64,000 nucleotides of DNA from Octopus sinensis. Lineage: Eukaryota. How positions within the stretch are numbered: position 1 is the stretch's first letter; each line of letters opens with the position of its first letter. The translations under genes and the position numbers were made by a program. Positions 62,131 to 64,000 of this stretch are shown in pieces. The notes beneath the pieces were generated by a model that was not told the origin of the DNA, did not search any database, and saw only the letters and a program-made list of their open reading frames with translations. Where the stretch lies: contig NC_043013.1 in NCBI RefSeq assembly GCF_006345805.1, positions 6,448,001-6,512,000 of the forward strand, read 5' to 3'.

Positions 62131-63844
62131 ACCAGCCTCTAATAAATCTAAATTGTTATGGTAAAACAGTTTTCATCTTTTTCTACACACCTGACACGCT
62201 AAAAGCCTAAAGAGAAGGTACCTGAGGACTCTCCTCTTTGACCCACCCAAGAATAATGTGTGGAGAAAATGGCTGACTTGTTGGCTGACAGACTGCTTTA
62301 ATTCATAGAATTCGTGTTATTTGGCCACGCTCTTTGTCTGAAAACACTTCTGTTTCCAGATTATTACTTGAACTAAGTCTATGTTTAAATATGCACTTAG
62401 TATGTATGTAAATTTAAAATCTAAGTATTTTCTTAGATTATAAACTTACATATATACCAAGTGTAGGTTTCTAATCAGTTGATCATAAGATACCAAATAC
62501 ACATGTGTGTAAGGTGCAAACGTAGTCTGTTAATACGCGAGTGAGTCTTCGTGGTAAGTCTGCCGGCTACAAGTGAGATGTGCAACGGGGATCATGGTGC
62601 TTACAATGCAAGTAGGTCTGCAAAATGTGCTCTCGTACAAGTAAGTTTGTTGAATTTTCATAATGTAACTCTGCAGAAAACGAAATGAAATGAACAATCA
62701 TGTTAATGTTTTGCAAAATTGATGAATGTGACTAACTGTTGAACCCAGCGTTGCTCCTGTTTTCCGCGTTGAAGTTAAGTCCACCTCTGACCTTGTTTTG
62801 AATAAGCATTTCCTTAGAGACTATTCTATTGATTTTGTTGAAATTTTACATGTGAAAAAATGCAAAAGCTGCAGGAAAAATAACATCTTTATGAAAATTT
62901 CCATTGAAACGTCCGATTGAACTCACAAAAATCGATGCCAACTAAGTATTATCGAGTATTCGAAAAATGCCGGTCTTATTTGAACTTCAGGGTATGGGAT
63001 CTACCTATGTGCCAAAAATCATTAAAATCGGTTGGAAGATGTGGGAGGAGTTAAAGTAACCCGCCGACACACACACACAGACACTATTACACATTTATGT
63101 ATATAGATTTGCTTTCATGCTACAGCGTATTCTTAATGAATGCTAATTAAAATATCGTCTCAGGTCACTATCAACCCTTGCCACTTTATTAGTGACTGGC
63201 TCGAACTCCACGAAAAAGAACTAAAATGAATCTGAAAGAAAAAATAAACGTACGTACACACAGAGACACACAAATACACATACGACATACACGTAGATAC
63301 AGAAAAGTAAATAGAGACGAAATAAAGAAGAAACAATGGGACACCCAATGTACATCAGTTGAAAACGAATAAGTTTATTCAGTTGTTTAAATTCATTTAA
63401 AAATATAGAATTGCGTTAAACATTTTGGAGATAAGTTTTATTGGCGGAATTCGAACGCAGAACGTAAGGACGGGCGAAATGCTGCTAAGTATTATTGCTC
63501 GACGTGCTAACGAATCTGCCAACTCGCTGCATTATAGTTAGTACTAATAATAATCCTTTCTACTGTAAGCACAGGGCCTGAAATTTGGGGGGAGGGGGAC
63601 TAGTCGATTACATGAACCCCAGTGCGTAACTGGTACTTAATTTATTGACCCTGAAAGGATGAAAGGCAAAGTCGACTTTATACTAATAACAGCATGAGAA
63701 TAATCATGTTGGAAGAACATCGTAAAAAAACACCTGAGCACACCGTTAACATTACATGTCTCTGGTCCTTAATCTGGGCAGTGACACCTTCTTGGGAGAA
63801 TTGTCGGCTCACAAGGCGTTGATGAATGCCAAATGGGAGCGCTG

Positions 63845-63877
<33 letters not shown>

Positions 63878-64000
63878 GGATTGTGATATTCTTTTAGAAA
63901 TAAGACGTATAAATTCTTTTCTACTCTAGGCATAAGGCCGGAAATTTTTGGGAAGGGGACAGTTGATTAGATCGACCTCAGTACGCAACTGGTACTTAAT

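Overview
AT-rich eukaryotic genomic DNA. The SINE, RTE and Helitron repeat families look like those I associate with Octopus/coleoid cephalopods; this is recognition from memory, not a database result. The backbone of the window is one + strand, multi-exon STAT transcription-factor gene (STAT5/Stat92E-like). I reconstructed 16 exons from 1348 to 50628 with GT-AG boundaries and fully consistent phases. They give about 565 aa: coiled-coil, DNA-binding domain, linker, SH2, GYVP phosphotyrosine tail and an acidic C-terminus. The N-terminal exons lie upstream of the window. The introns and the downstream region are packed with tRNA-derived SINEs, a near-full-length decayed RTE LINE, two R4/Dong-like LINE fragments, CR1/L2, mariner and gypsy remnants, non-autonomous Helitrons, hAT and piggyBac MITEs, satellites and long microsatellites. 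There is a 100-N gap at 56138-56237. Most ORFs in the supplied track are microsatellite or repeat artefacts. Most interesting observations: (1) four perfect, helically phased STAT-binding (GAS) motifs inside an intron of the STAT gene itself; (2) an 18S/ITS1 rDNA fragment fused in the same orientation to the 5' truncation point of an R4/Dong-like LINE; (3) three separate Penelope-type hammerhead-ribozyme loci, one with an intact catalytic core; (4) a divergent STAT SH2 phosphate-binding loop; (5) repeated fold-back palindromes, two of them at Helitron 3' ends.
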